Assembly (NCBI RefSeq): GCF_000011805.1
Contig: NC_006840.2
From: Aliivibrio fischeri ES114
GTDB taxonomy: Bacteria; Pseudomonadota; Gammaproteobacteria; Enterobacterales; Vibrionaceae
Reading direction: 5' to 3' (one strand)
DNA length: 32,000 nucleotides
Positions 8,410-18,322 of this stretch are shown here, piece after piece. A program made the position numbers and the translations under genes. Position 1 is the first letter of the stretch. Each line of letters opens with the position of its first letter. Under the pieces are notes generated by a model. It saw only the letters and a program-made list of their open reading frames with translations, ran no database searches and was not told the DNA's origin.

Positions 8410-11400
8410 TTAGCAATCGGCAATGGCATTTTTGACTCGTTTATCAGAAACTGGATATGGTGTCCCCAATTGTTGAGCAAAATAGCTCACTCTTAACTCT
8501 TCAATCATCCAACGGATCTCTTTTACTTTGTCAGGAATTGGTTGTCCTTTCGGTATCTTATTCAGTAATTCTTTATAATCACTGGTGATCCCTTCGACTT
8601 TAAGCAAATGCATGCGATCACGATTTGGATCGATCGGCAGTTTTTCCATTCGACGCTCAATCGCTTTCATGTAACGGTGGATATCTTGAAGACGCTTCCA
8701 ACCGCACTCCGTTGCAAATCCTTTAAAGATAAGATTCTCTATCTGAGCTTTAATATCCGAAAGCGCAAACGCCATGCTTAAATCAACACGCCCTTTTAAC
8801 TTTTTCTGAATTTGGAAAGCGGTAGTTAAAATCGTTTCAACTTGTTTTGCGATCTCAACAACCGTATCCCCAAGCTCTGCTCGGATATGTTCTTTCATTT
8901 TTTCAAAGGCTTCAGGTTGCCAAACAAGACCACCCTGCTCATCAATTAACTTATCGATACCACAAGCAATGCAATCATCAATCAAGTCCATCACACGACC
9001 ATACTGATTAAAGTACAATCCTAATTTCGATTTATTAGGAAGATTGTCATGTAAATACTTAATTGGTGATGGCACATTAAGAAGAATTAGACGACGTTGG
9101 CCTGCCTTCATTGCATTGTGCTGCTCTTCTTCTGTTTCAAACAGTTTAATTTCTACACTGTCTTTACCATCAACAATCGCTGGATATGCTTTAACTTCAA
9201 ATCCACCACGTTTCTGTTTATACAACGTTGGTAACTCACCAAAGCTCCATGTTTTAAGGCCTTTTTGCTCAATATCATCATCCGCAACTTGTGATAATGT
9301 TTCTTGAACTTTATCTTTTAAGCCTTCTTTTAACTCATACAAATCACGGCTTTCTTTTAGCTTGCGATTACGATGGTCAACAACACGATATGTCACTTTT
9401 AAGTGATCTGGGATCTGTTCTAGTTTCCAATCGTCACGGAACACTTCAAACCCTGTCATTCGACGAAGTTCTTTTTCTAAACTGTCTAATAACGGCGCTT
9501 CGAACGGTACAGCACGAGATAAAAATGCATCAGCATAATTAGGTGCTGGTACGAAATTCTTACGAACGGTTTTAGGTAACGACTTAATCAACGCCATCAC
9601 TAATTCGTGACGTAGACCTGGGATCTGCCAATCAAAGCCATAAGGTTCAACTTGGTTTAAAATTGGTAGTGGTACATGTACCGTTACACCATCGCTGTCT
9701 TGCCCCGGCTCAAATTGGTAACTTAATTTTAGTTTTAAGTTTCCTTGATGCCAGAAGTTTGGATAATCTAAATCCGTTACATGGCTTGCATCACCACGGA
9801 ACAGCATTTCTTTTTCAAAGTTTAATAACTCTGGCGTCTCTTTTTGCGCTTTCTTCCACCACGTATCAAAATGACGGCCAGATACTACATCTACGCCAAC
9901 TCGTTGATCGTAGAATTCAGCTAACTGATCATCATCAACAAGAATATCGCGACGACGAGACTTATGCTCAAGTTCTTCAACTTCTTGTAATAACTTACGG
10001 TTTTGTTTAAAAAACTGATGCTTAGTATGCCAATCACCTTCAACTAGAGCTGAACGAATAAAAATTTCACGACACACAGGCGCATCAATCGCACCGTAGT
10101 TAATTTGGCGTTTAGGTACAATCGGAATACCGTAAATAGTGACTTTTTCATAAGCCATTACTGCTGCTGATTTCTTCGACCAATGTGGTTCACTGTAACT
10201 GCGCTTAATCAAATGCCCTGCTAATGGTTCAATCCATTCAGGCTGAATTTTCGCAACAATTCGACCCCAAAGTTTTGAGGTTTCAACCAGTTCAGCAACC
10301 ATGACCCATTTTGGTTGTTTCTTGAATAAACCAGAAGCAGGGAAGATGTGGAATCGTGCATTACGTGCACCTTGGTATTCATTCTTTTCTTGGTCTTTTT
10401 GACCAATATGAGAAAGCATACCCGCTAAAATTGCAGTATGAACACCTTGATAGCCTGCCGCTTCTTGATTCACTTTGTAATTAAGCTCTTTCATTACTTG
10501 GCTTAATTGGTAGTGAACATCTTGCCATTCACGTACACGTAAATAGTTCAAAAAGTCTTTACGACATTGCTTTCTAAATTGATTACTTGAAAGCTCTTTC
10601 TGTTTTGCTTTTACATGTTCCCACACGTTCACAAACGTTAAGAAATCCGAATCTTCATGATTAAAGCGTTTATGCTTATCATCAGATTGTTGTTTCTTAT
10701 CGCTTGGACGCTCTCGTGGGTCTTGAATTGATAGTGCCGCTGCAATGATCATCACTTCTTGTAATGCATTATATTTCGGGGCTTCAAGTACCATTCTAGC
10801 TAAACGTGGATCAATCGGAAGACGTGCTAATTCACGACCAACTTTAGTTAAGCTTTTCTTCGGGTCTTTCGCATTTGAATTAATCGCACCTAGCTCTTCA
10901 AGTAGCTTGATACCATCTTGAATATTGCGATTATCAGGGGCTTCTACAAATGGGAAGGCTTGAATATCACCTAACCCTAACGCTGTCATCTGTAAAATTA
11001 CAGACGCTAGGTTAGTACGTAAGATCTCAGGGTCGGTAAACTCTGGACGAGAAATAAAATCTTCTTCAGAGTAAAGACGAATACAGATACCTTCAGATAC
11101 ACGACCACAACGACCTTTACGCTGATTTGCACTGGCTTGTGAAATCGCTTCGATTGGTAAACGTTGTACTTTGGTGCGATAGCTATAGCGACTAATACGT
11201 GCAGTACCTGGATCTATAACGTATTTGATTCCCGGAACAGTAAGAGATGTTTCTGCTACGTTAGTGGCTAATACAATTCGACGACCAGCGTGTGGTTGGA
11301 AGACACGATTCTGCTCTTGTGCAGATAAACGTGCGTATAACGGTACAATTTCCGTATCACGTAGATTACGTTTTTCTAATGCTTCTGCGGTATCACGAAT

Positions 11401-12306
11401 TTCTCGTTCACCCGTCATAAAGATCAGAATGTCACCCAGCCCTTCTTCACACAGTTCATCTACTGCATCAAAGATACCTTCTAATTGGTCACGATCGGTA
11501 TCATCACCATCTTCAACAATTGGACGATAACGAGTTTCAACCGGATAAGTACGACCAGATACTTCAATCATTGGTGCATTATTGAAGTGTTTTGAGAAAC
11601 GCTCAGGATCGATAGTTGCTGACGTGATAATGACTTTTAAATCAGGACGCTTTGGTAATAACTCACGTAAATAACCCATAATAAAATCGATGTTTAAGCT
11701 GCGTTCGTGCGCTTCATCGATAATTAATGTGTCATATTGATTTAAGTAACGGTCATTCTGGATCTCAGCCAGTAAGATACCATCCGTCATTAATTTAACT
11801 TGTGTACGGTCAGAGACTTGATCATTAAAACGAACTTTATAACCAACATGGCTACCTAGTTCTGTCTCCATCTCTTCAGCAATACGATCTGCTACTGAAC
11901 GAGCCGCTAAACGACGAGGTTGCGTATGACCAATATTACCAAACTTACCGCGACCTAGTTCTAAACAGATTTTAGGTAACTGCGTGGTTTTACCTGAACC
12001 GGTTTCACCAGCAACGATAACCACTTGGTTATTTTTGATTGCTTCTGCAATTTCATCTTTTTTCTGGCTAACAGGTAGTTGTTCTGGGTAAGAAATCGTC
12101 GGACGATCAGTTTCACGATTATTCGCCGTTTGCATTGATTGTGCGATATCTAATGCAATTTCATCAAACACGGCGTGTCTTGATTCTTCTTTTTTGATTC
12201 GAGATGCGCCTTGAATGCGTTTACTTAGGCGAAAACGATCACGCATCATACATTCACTTAATGCTTTTCTAAGTGTTGATGCTGAATTTTGATTTGATTG
12301 ACTCAA
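8410..12306 (-). CDS. hrpA: ATP-dependent RNA helicase HrpA (DEAH-box)
   Basis: 1298 aa. Contains GETGSGKTTQLPK, IIDEAHERS, TSAT and QRKGRCGR motifs and is collinear with E. coli HrpA, including the N-terminal MLRDRxR region. The start codon is TTG (12306), preceded by an AGGAAA SD. Confidence 0.95.
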   Translation of the reverse strand: MSQSNQNSASTLRKALSECMMRDRFRLSKRIQGASRIKKEESRHAVFDEIALDIAQSMQTANNRETDRPTISYPEQLPVSQKKDEIAEAIKNNQVVIVAGETGSGKTTQLPKICLELGRGKFGNIGHTQPRRLAARSVADRIAEEMETELGSHVGYKVRFNDQVSDRTQVKLMTDGILLAEIQNDRYLNQYDTLIIDEAHERSLNIDFIMGYLRELLPKRPDLKVIITSATIDPERFSKHFNNAPMIEVSGRTYPVETRYRPIVEDGDDTDRDQLEGIFDAVDELCEEGLGDILIFMTGEREIRDTAEALEKRNLRDTEIVPLYARLSAQEQNRVFQPHAGRRIVLATNVAETSLTVPGIKYVIDPGTARISRYSYRTKVQRLPIEAISQASANQRKGRCGRVSEGICIRLYSEEDFISRPEFTDPEILRTNLASVILQMTALGLGDIQAFPFVEAPDNRNIQDGIKLLEELGAINSNAKDPKKSLTKVGRELARLPIDPRLARMVLEAPKYNALQEVMIIAAALSIQDPRERPSDKKQQSDDKHKRFNHEDSDFLTFVNVWEHVKAKQKELSSNQFRKQCRKDFLNYLRVREWQDVHYQLSQVMKELNYKVNQEAAGYQGVHTAILAGMLSHIGQKDQEKNEYQGARNARFHIFPASGLFKKQPKWVMVAELVETSKLWGRIVAKIQPEWIEPLAGHLIKRSYSEPHWSKKSAAVMAYEKVTIYGIPIVPKRQINYGAIDAPVCREIFIRSALVEGDWHTKHQFFKQNRKLLQEVEELEHKSRRRDILVDDDQLAEFYDQRVGVDVVSGRHFDTWWKKAQKETPELLNFEKEMLFRGDASHVTDLDYPNFWHQGNLKLKLSYQFEPGQDSDGVTVHVPLPILNQVEPYGFDWQIPGLRHELVMALIKSLPKTVRKNFVPAPNYADAFLSRAVPFEAPLLDSLEKELRRMTGFEVFRDDWKLEQIPDHLKVTYRVVDHRNRKLKESRDLYELKEGLKDKVQETLSQVADDDIEQKGLKTWSFGELPTLYKQKRGGFEVKAYPAIVDGKDSVEIKLFETEEEQHNAMKAGQRRLILLNVPSPIKYLHDNLPNKSKLGLYFNQYGRVMDLIDDCIACGIDKLIDEQGGLVWQPEAFEKMKEHIRAELGDTVVEIAKQVETILTTAFQIQKKLKGRVDLSMAFALSDIKAQIENLIFKGFATECGWKRLQDIHRYMKAIERRMEKLPIDPNRDRMHLLKVEGITSDYKELLNKIPKGQPIPDKVKEIRWMIEELRVSYFAQQLGTPYPVSDKRVKNAIADC

Positions 12307-12487
12307 AATATTTCCTACTGAATCTTTTATTTATTCTAATAACTAAAGCAATTCTATCACATTCTTGTCTCTATCGAGCCTTAGTAGACAAAAATCTGTT
12401 TTACTTAAATGTAATAATTCTCGATTGCTCGAACTAATACCTATTTGCTAAACTGAATAGATTAATCCCAACCATTAAGACAGTCGT

Positions 12488-12814
12488 ATGGAATTTAACG
12501 GTAAGCAAATCGAGCGTGACGCTCAAGGGTATTTAAAAAACCACACAGATTGGTGTGAAGAGTTAGTTCCACTTCTAGCAAAAGAAGAGAATATTGAACT
12601 GACCGAAGCTCACTGGGAAGTAGTACGTTTCGTTCGTAACTTTTACGATGAATTTAAAACCTCTCCAGCAGTTCGCATGCTTGTAAAAGCAATGGAAAAA
12701 GAGCATGGCCCTGAAAAAGGTAACAGCAAATACCTATTTCAATTATTTAAGTTAGGACCTGCAAAACAAGCGACAAAATTAGCGGGTTTACCGAAACCGG
12801 CAAAATGTCTATAA
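12488..12814 (+). CDS. tusE: Sulfurtransferase TusE (DsrC family)
   Basis: [28 protein letters not shown] and [19 protein letters not shown] match E. coli TusE/YccK almost residue for residue, including the C-terminal Cys. Confidence 0.9.
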   Translation: MEFNGKQIERDAQGYLKNHTDWCEELVPLLAKEENIELTEAHWEVVRFVRNFYDEFKTSPAVRMLVKAMEKEHGPEKGNSKYLFQLFKLGPAKQATKLAGLPKPAKCL

Positions 12815-12845
12815 CATCGCTCTTATTGCTTAACTTTGGCAAGAA

Positions 12846-13118
12846 TTAATACATTTTAAAATCCGTTAATTCTTGCCATTGTGTCTCTTCTTGCTTTATT
12901 GAATCCACTCTCGCTAATTGCGGTCCAACTTGTAACCATTCAAGAAATTGATTAATTTTATCTTTACTGCCACATACTAACACTTCGACAGAACCATCTT
13001 CTTGATTACGTGCATAGCCAGTTAAACCAAGTTTTAACGCGTTATGAGCGGTATGAAAACGAAAACCTACACGCTGTACTTTTCCCTTTACATTAAATAG
13101 ATACGATTTTTGTGACAT
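12846..13118 (-). CDS. acyP: Acylphosphatase
   Basis: 90 aa. VKGKVQRVGFRFHT contains the acylphosphatase signature (GxVQGVGFR-like). It sits next to tusE, as yccX does in E. coli. Confidence 0.88.
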   Translation of the reverse strand: MSQKSYLFNVKGKVQRVGFRFHTAHNALKLGLTGYARNQEDGSVEVLVCGSKDKINQFLEWLQVGPQLARVDSIKQEETQWQELTDFKMY

Positions 13119-13204
13119 GCCTCACCTATAAGTGTCGATTATAATAAGAATTTCTTAATCATGAGATATTATCCTTCGCTCCTCATCATATATACGGATT
13201 TATT

Positions 13205-14608
13205 ATGAAAGAAACGGCATTTCGTTGGATTGACAAATATCTTATTCACCTCAAGATCCAAGAAAAATTTTATTTACTCTTCTTACTTCCAGCTTTGGCA
13301 CTTTTTAGCCTGATGTTTATTATGAACTCAGCCGCTGACAGTATGATGTCTAAAACTTTAGAACATGAAGTTCAATTTATTGCTTCTATGTTAGATCAAC
13401 AAAATGTATCTCGCCAAGATGCAATTACCCTACTTTCTCAATCAGCAGAGTTTACTGTGGGTTCTGGTGAGCATACCGCTTATGTTGCTTCTGGAAACTA
13501 CAGCATAAATGCAAATTCTGATGTAACCCTATGGTCTACATTATCAAGCCTACAATTATCATTAATCATAGGCATTTTATTGGTAATGGCCATTGGTGTT
13601 TATTACATTATGACATTCATCGGTGGCGCTATGTTCACAATGAATAAAGCATTAGAAACACTTGAGTCTGGTGATCTTACGCAACGTCTAAACTTCTTCC
13701 CAGTAAGAGATGAATTTAGCACCATTGCTATGACCATTGATAAACTGGCAGAGCGTGAACAACAGTTAGTGTTAGCCATGCAAGAATCCGTGGCACTAAT
13801 TCAACAAATGAGTTCAGAATTAAGCCAAAACAGTTATAAAAGTTCAGATGCTTCTGATAAGCAATTAGCTCAACTTGATCTCTTATCTAGCGCAGCAGAA
13901 GAGATGGCTACATCTATTCAAGAGGTAGCAAGCTATACACATGAAGCCTCTTCTCAATCAACGGATGCGATGGAATCTGCACGCTTAGGGCAATCTCAAG
14001 TTGATTCTGCCGTTAGCTCTATTCAAGCTTTAGCACAAGAAATTAATCAAGCGGCAAATGCGGTTCAAGAATTAGATTCAGATGCTGCAAAAATTGATGA
14101 AGTGGTGACTACAATCAACGCTATTTCTGAACAAACTAATTTATTAGCGCTTAATGCCGCAATTGAAGCTGCACGAGCTGGTGAGCAAGGTCGTGGATTT
14201 GCAGTGGTTGCCGACGAAGTTCGTACATTAGCAAGCAGAACTCAACAAGCAACGGTTGAGATTCAGACCATGATTGAAGCATTACAAAATAACAGTAAGT
14301 CATTATTAACATTAACGTCGAACACGGTGACTAATGCTGAAACTGGTCAAGAATTAATGCATAAAGTTCACAATGATATTTCAAACATTGCAGAGCGTAA
14401 CGATACGATAGCTCAAAGTAATAATGAAATCGCAACCGCAGCAACTCAACAAGGAGAAGTTGCGGCAAGTATCGCTTCAACCGTTGAAGATGTTCGTACT
14501 CAGTCAAATCAAGTTCATCAGATGATCAAAGATTCTGAATCGAATATCGAACAATTGCGAATAAAAGGCCAAGATTTAGAGTTACTATTAAATGGCCTAA
14601 AAGCATAG
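13205..14608 (+). CDS. Methyl-accepting chemotaxis protein with a very short (about 75 aa) periplasmic region
   Basis: Two TM helices (about residues 22-41 and 118-144), then a HAMP region. The conserved signalling hairpin is [35 protein letters not shown]. Confidence 0.9.
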   Translation: MKETAFRWIDKYLIHLKIQEKFYLLFLLPALALFSLMFIMNSAADSMMSKTLEHEVQFIASMLDQQNVSRQDAITLLSQSAEFTVGSGEHTAYVASGNYSINANSDVTLWSTLSSLQLSLIIGILLVMAIGVYYIMTFIGGAMFTMNKALETLESGDLTQRLNFFPVRDEFSTIAMTIDKLAEREQQLVLAMQESVALIQQMSSELSQNSYKSSDASDKQLAQLDLLSSAAEEMATSIQEVASYTHEASSQSTDAMESARLGQSQVDSAVSSIQALAQEINQAANAVQELDSDAAKIDEVVTTINAISEQTNLLALNAAIEAARAGEQGRGFAVVADEVRTLASRTQQATVEIQTMIEALQNNSKSLLTLTSNTVTNAETGQELMHKVHNDISNIAERNDTIAQSNNEIATAATQQGEVAASIASTVEDVRTQSNQVHQMIKDSESNIEQLRIKGQDLELLLNGLKA

Positions 14609-14619
14609 TTAATAAATTT

Positions 14620-14655
14620 AAGCCATTTATATTTTTTATTTATAGATGGCTTTCA
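14620..14655 (+). terminator. Possible weak terminator after MCP1
   Basis: AAGCCATTTATA...TATAGATGGCTT forms a stem of about 12 bp with one wobble pair. Only a short T-run follows. Confidence 0.4.
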
Positions 14656-14906
14656 TCCCTTCCACTTAAATATATGTGTCAACATTCGTTTGACGCTTAT
14701 TTACAATAAGTAACATTTTTATCATTAGATATATTTCAAACCGATATTAAATGCGAAATACATCACACTTCCTATCTTTATTTTACTATAAATTCCGCTC
14801 TCAGGTGCTTTACAAAAATGCACTTATTTATATAACAAAATAACACTATTTTTGAATATATATCAAATAATGATATTTATTTGCATATACATTCAGGAGA
14901 GCAAAC

Positions 14907-16868
14907 ATGAACCACTCCTTTATATTTAAACTATCGCTAAATAAACCTTTACTAGCGTTATTGCTTGCACCAGTTTTCACTTCTCTTATTTTATTCGCTA
15001 TCGTTGCTTTCTTAATTGACGCTCGCAATAATGAAGTTGAAGATAATATTATTCAAACCGCAGAAAGAGCCGCTCTTGGTTCTGAAATTATGCAACTACG
15101 CCACAATTGGCAAGAAATCCGTGTAAAAAATAGAGATACAATGTCTGAAAATGGACAAGCTATGCAAGAGCAACAAAAAGAATTACAAAAGGCATTTGTA
15201 TCCACAAACACCCATATCAAAGAGAACATTCTGACATCAAAGGTCTTAAGTGATGCAGGTAAGTCCGATATAGCTAATTTACAAAAAACATTAATTGATT
15301 ACGAAAAAAGTATTAATACTTCAGTAAAAATATTAACTGAGTTATATGATGCTCAAATCGCCACTCCTATTTTTTGGCAACCAATGGTTGAAGTACTTAC
15401 TTTTATTGGTCCTATATATAATGGTTCTGCATCAGATTGGGAAAAAGAGCGCATTACTTTTACCACTAACGTAGAGCGTTTTTATGACAGTTTAAGTCGA
15501 ATGGTTAATGGTAGAGATTTGAGCGAACAAAAAACAGCAGAACAATATCTTACTTCAATTACTTCTTTTTTAAGTCAATATAATAAATACCCTGAGGTTA
15601 AATACTTCACTGATAATGTTTTTGGTTCATATTTATCTCTATACCAAGAAAGTATTAACACCTTAAAAGCAAACTCTGAGCAGTCTAAACTACGTGTAAA
15701 GATGGTTGAAGATATTACTAATGTGATTTCAACTGTAAATGCACGTCAAGTTGAATTCACGCAAACACTAAATCAACGTTCTTTGAATGCAAGTAAAAAT
15801 GTGGAAAACACTCAAATTTGGTCATGGCTTGGTGCTGCCCTACTTTCTACATTTATCGCCCTCTTACTTGCTCGTAATATTAATAATGTCTTAGCTGCAA
15901 TTTCAAAAACAATTGCGGCAATGGCTAAACAAAATTTAGCGACATTAACTAATTTATCAGGCACAAACGAGCTTGCGGTGCTTGCTACAAATCTAGATGC
16001 TTCAATTAAGAATATGGCCAATATGGTTGGCTCTGTCAGAGAACAAAGTAATGATGTTGCTTCTTCTTCAACTGAACTTGCGTGTGTTATGACACAAAGC
16101 TCAAGCAATGCTGAAGAACAAAGTGCGCAAATTGAACAAATTGCAGCTGCAGTCACTGAACTATCAGCCTCTTCAAACTTAGTGGCTGATTCTGCGAAAA
16201 ATACAGAATTACAAGCAACAGAAGCAGCAACACTGTGTGAATTAGGCCAAGAGATTGCTGAGCAAAATAAAACGCGTGCCGATGACTTAACCACTCAATT
16301 AAGTGAAACAGCATCGGTTGTAGAAAACTTACGTACTCACTGTGTAAGTATTGAGGAAGTCGCAACGGTTATTAATAACATCTCAGAACAAACTAACTTA
16401 CTAGCACTTAATGCAGCGATTGAAGCAGCCCGTGCTGGTGAAATGGGACGAGGTTTTGCGGTTGTTGCCGATGAAGTTCGTAACCTTGCAGGGAAAACAC
16501 AACAATCAACGGTTCACATTAAGAAGATCATTTCTGAATTGCAATCTTACTCATTAGATGCGACAGAAAAAGTAGACGGCTGTTTAAACACGATTACCTT
16601 AACTCGTGAAACGTCAATTCAATCTTACGATCACTTAACGAACATCAACGCTGCAATTCAGTCTATTTACGGCAGCTCAACTGAAATGGCTTCAGCTGCG
16701 CTACAACAATCAAATGCGGTTGAAGAAATTACAGGAACGGTTATTGGTATTAAAGAAATCATTAATCAAAACGTAACTGGTATTGAAGAATCAAGTAAAG
16801 CGTCAAACTTCTTATCAGAGCTAGCAGAACAACAACGCTCACAACTTGAGCTGTTTAAAATTAAATAA
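14907..16868 (+). CDS. Methyl-accepting chemotaxis protein with a large (about 265 aa) helical periplasmic sensor domain
   Basis: AGGAG SD. TM helices at about residues 15-37 and 304-322. Signalling hairpin [35 protein letters not shown]. Confidence 0.9.
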   Translation: MNHSFIFKLSLNKPLLALLLAPVFTSLILFAIVAFLIDARNNEVEDNIIQTAERAALGSEIMQLRHNWQEIRVKNRDTMSENGQAMQEQQKELQKAFVSTNTHIKENILTSKVLSDAGKSDIANLQKTLIDYEKSINTSVKILTELYDAQIATPIFWQPMVEVLTFIGPIYNGSASDWEKERITFTTNVERFYDSLSRMVNGRDLSEQKTAEQYLTSITSFLSQYNKYPEVKYFTDNVFGSYLSLYQESINTLKANSEQSKLRVKMVEDITNVISTVNARQVEFTQTLNQRSLNASKNVENTQIWSWLGAALLSTFIALLLARNINNVLAAISKTIAAMAKQNLATLTNLSGTNELAVLATNLDASIKNMANMVGSVREQSNDVASSSTELACVMTQSSSNAEEQSAQIEQIAAAVTELSASSNLVADSAKNTELQATEAATLCELGQEIAEQNKTRADDLTTQLSETASVVENLRTHCVSIEEVATVINNISEQTNLLALNAAIEAARAGEMGRGFAVVADEVRNLAGKTQQSTVHIKKIISELQSYSLDATEKVDGCLNTITLTRETSIQSYDHLTNINAAIQSIYGSSTEMASAALQQSNAVEEITGTVIGIKEIINQNVTGIEESSKASNFLSELAEQQRSQLELFKIK

Positions 16869-16887
16869 AATCACTACCCTAATCTAG

Positions 16888-16926
16888 CCATGGAAAGTTT
16901 AAAGCTTTCCATGGTTTATTTAATTT
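16888..16926 (+). terminator. Rho-independent terminator of MCP2
   Basis: A 10-bp stem, CCATGGAAAG (16888-16897) paired with CTTTCCATGG (16905-16914), followed by TTTATTTAATTTT. Confidence 0.75.
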
Positions 16927-17031
16927 TCACCTCTATTCCCCTTTCCTCACTATATAAATCGTTTTATTCATTGCTTTTATGACACGCATCACAGAGAATA
17001 TCGGCTCACTTTTTATCAACAGAGCATCAAT

Positions 17032-18222
17032 ATGACTGTTTCAATTTATTTAGCAAAAGGACGTGATAAAGCATTGCGTCGTCGTCACCCTTGGATCTTC
17101 TCTCGCGGTATTGACCGTATCGATGGTAAAGCAGAACTAGGTGAAACAGTTGAGATTTATGCAAACAACGGCGAATGGCTTGCTCGTGGTGCGTTTTCTC
17201 CACAGTCTCAGATCCGTGCTCGTGTTTGGACTTTTGATAAAAACGAAGCGATTGATAAAGATTTCTTTGTTCGTAAATTAAATCAAGCTCAAGCATTACG
17301 TAATGTATTAGCTGAGCGTGATGGTTTAACTGGTTATCGTTTAATTGCTGCTGAATCAGATGGCTTACCGGGCATCACGATTGACCGTTACCAAGATTAC
17401 TTTGTGTGCCAATTACTAAGTGCTGGCGCAGAAGCAACGAAAGAGCTATTAGTTGAAGCATTAGTTGAATGCTACCCTGACTGTAATATTTACGAGCGCT
17501 CAGATGTGTCAGTTCGTAAAAAAGAAGGTCTAAAACAACGTACAGGTGTTCTACACGGTGAAGAGCCACCAGAGTCAGTAGTTATTGAAGAGAATGGCGT
17601 GAAAATTAGCGTTGATATCGTAAATGGCCATAAAACAGGTTTCTATCTTGACCAACGTGATAGCCGTGAACGTGCTTGTAAATACGTAAAAAATAAATCA
17701 GTTCTAAACTGTTTCTCTTATACTGGTGGTTTTGGTTTATACGCTCTAAAAGGCGGCGCAAAACACGTGATTAATGCGGATGTATCTCAACTTGCTTTAG
17801 ACACAGCGAAATACAATGCTGAGATCAATAAATTTGATTTATCTAAAGCTGAATTCTTAAATGCAGATGTGTTTAAGTTATTGCGTGAATACCGTGATAA
17901 CGGTACTAAATTTGATGTTGTTATTATGGATCCACCTAAATTTGCTGAATCTAAAAATCAGCTGACAGGTGCATGCCGTGGCTATAAAGACATTAACATG
18001 TTAGCAATGCAAATTCTAAACCCAGGCGGTACGCTATTAACTTACTCATGTTCTGGTTTAATGGATGCGGGTTTATTCCAAAAAATTGTTGCTGATGCTG
18101 CACTAGATGCTCATCGTACGGTTCAGTTTATTGAACGCTTTGAACAAGCAGCGGATCATCCTTTAGATTCTGCTTACCCTGAGGGTTTCTACCTTAAAGG
18201 TTTTGCTTGTCGAGTTGTATAG
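17032..18222 (+). CDS. rlmI: 23S rRNA (cytosine1962-C5)-methyltransferase RlmI
   Basis: 396 aa, collinear with E. coli RlmI/YccW. Shared segments include [60 protein letters not shown] and [11 protein letters not shown]. Confidence 0.93.
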   Translation: MTVSIYLAKGRDKALRRRHPWIFSRGIDRIDGKAELGETVEIYANNGEWLARGAFSPQSQIRARVWTFDKNEAIDKDFFVRKLNQAQALRNVLAERDGLTGYRLIAAESDGLPGITIDRYQDYFVCQLLSAGAEATKELLVEALVECYPDCNIYERSDVSVRKKEGLKQRTGVLHGEEPPESVVIEENGVKISVDIVNGHKTGFYLDQRDSRERACKYVKNKSVLNCFSYTGGFGLYALKGGAKHVINADVSQLALDTAKYNAEINKFDLSKAEFLNADVFKLLREYRDNGTKFDVVIMDPPKFAESKNQLTGACRGYKDINMLAMQILNPGGTLLTYSCSGLMDAGLFQKIVADAALDAHRTVQFIERFEQAADHPLDSAYPEGFYLKGFACRVV

Positions 18223-18267
18223 CACTCACTTTAATTATTAAGCTATTGATAGCCAATTAAAAATCAA

Positions 18268-18305
18268 TAAAAAAGGCGAGCAGGTATTACCTACTCGCCT
18301 TTTTA
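18268..18305. terminator. Bidirectional terminator between rlmI (+) and the giant adhesin gene (-)
   Basis: The stem AGGCGAG (18274-18280) pairs with CTCGCCT (18294-18300), with additional inner pairs. It is flanked by AAAAA and TTTTT. Confidence 0.75.
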
Positions 18306-18322
18306 TATTCACTTAAACGTTA

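Noticed and set aside
12815-12845. Possible shared terminator hairpin between the convergent tusE and acyP genes
   Set aside because: Only a 4-bp GC-poor stem (TTGC/GCAA) with mismatches can be drawn, which is not convincing.
15812-16294. 160-aa minus-strand ORF inside MCP2, plus the 70-aa ORF at 16153..16365
   Set aside because: They are antisense to the Ala/Ser/Glu-rich MCP signalling domain and give an Ala/Ser/Cys-rich nonsense composition. The MCP frame has unmistakable conserved motifs.
17027-17569. Minus-strand ORFs (89 and 64 aa) overlapping rlmI
   Set aside because: They are antisense to a strongly supported rlmI frame and have no motifs or signals.
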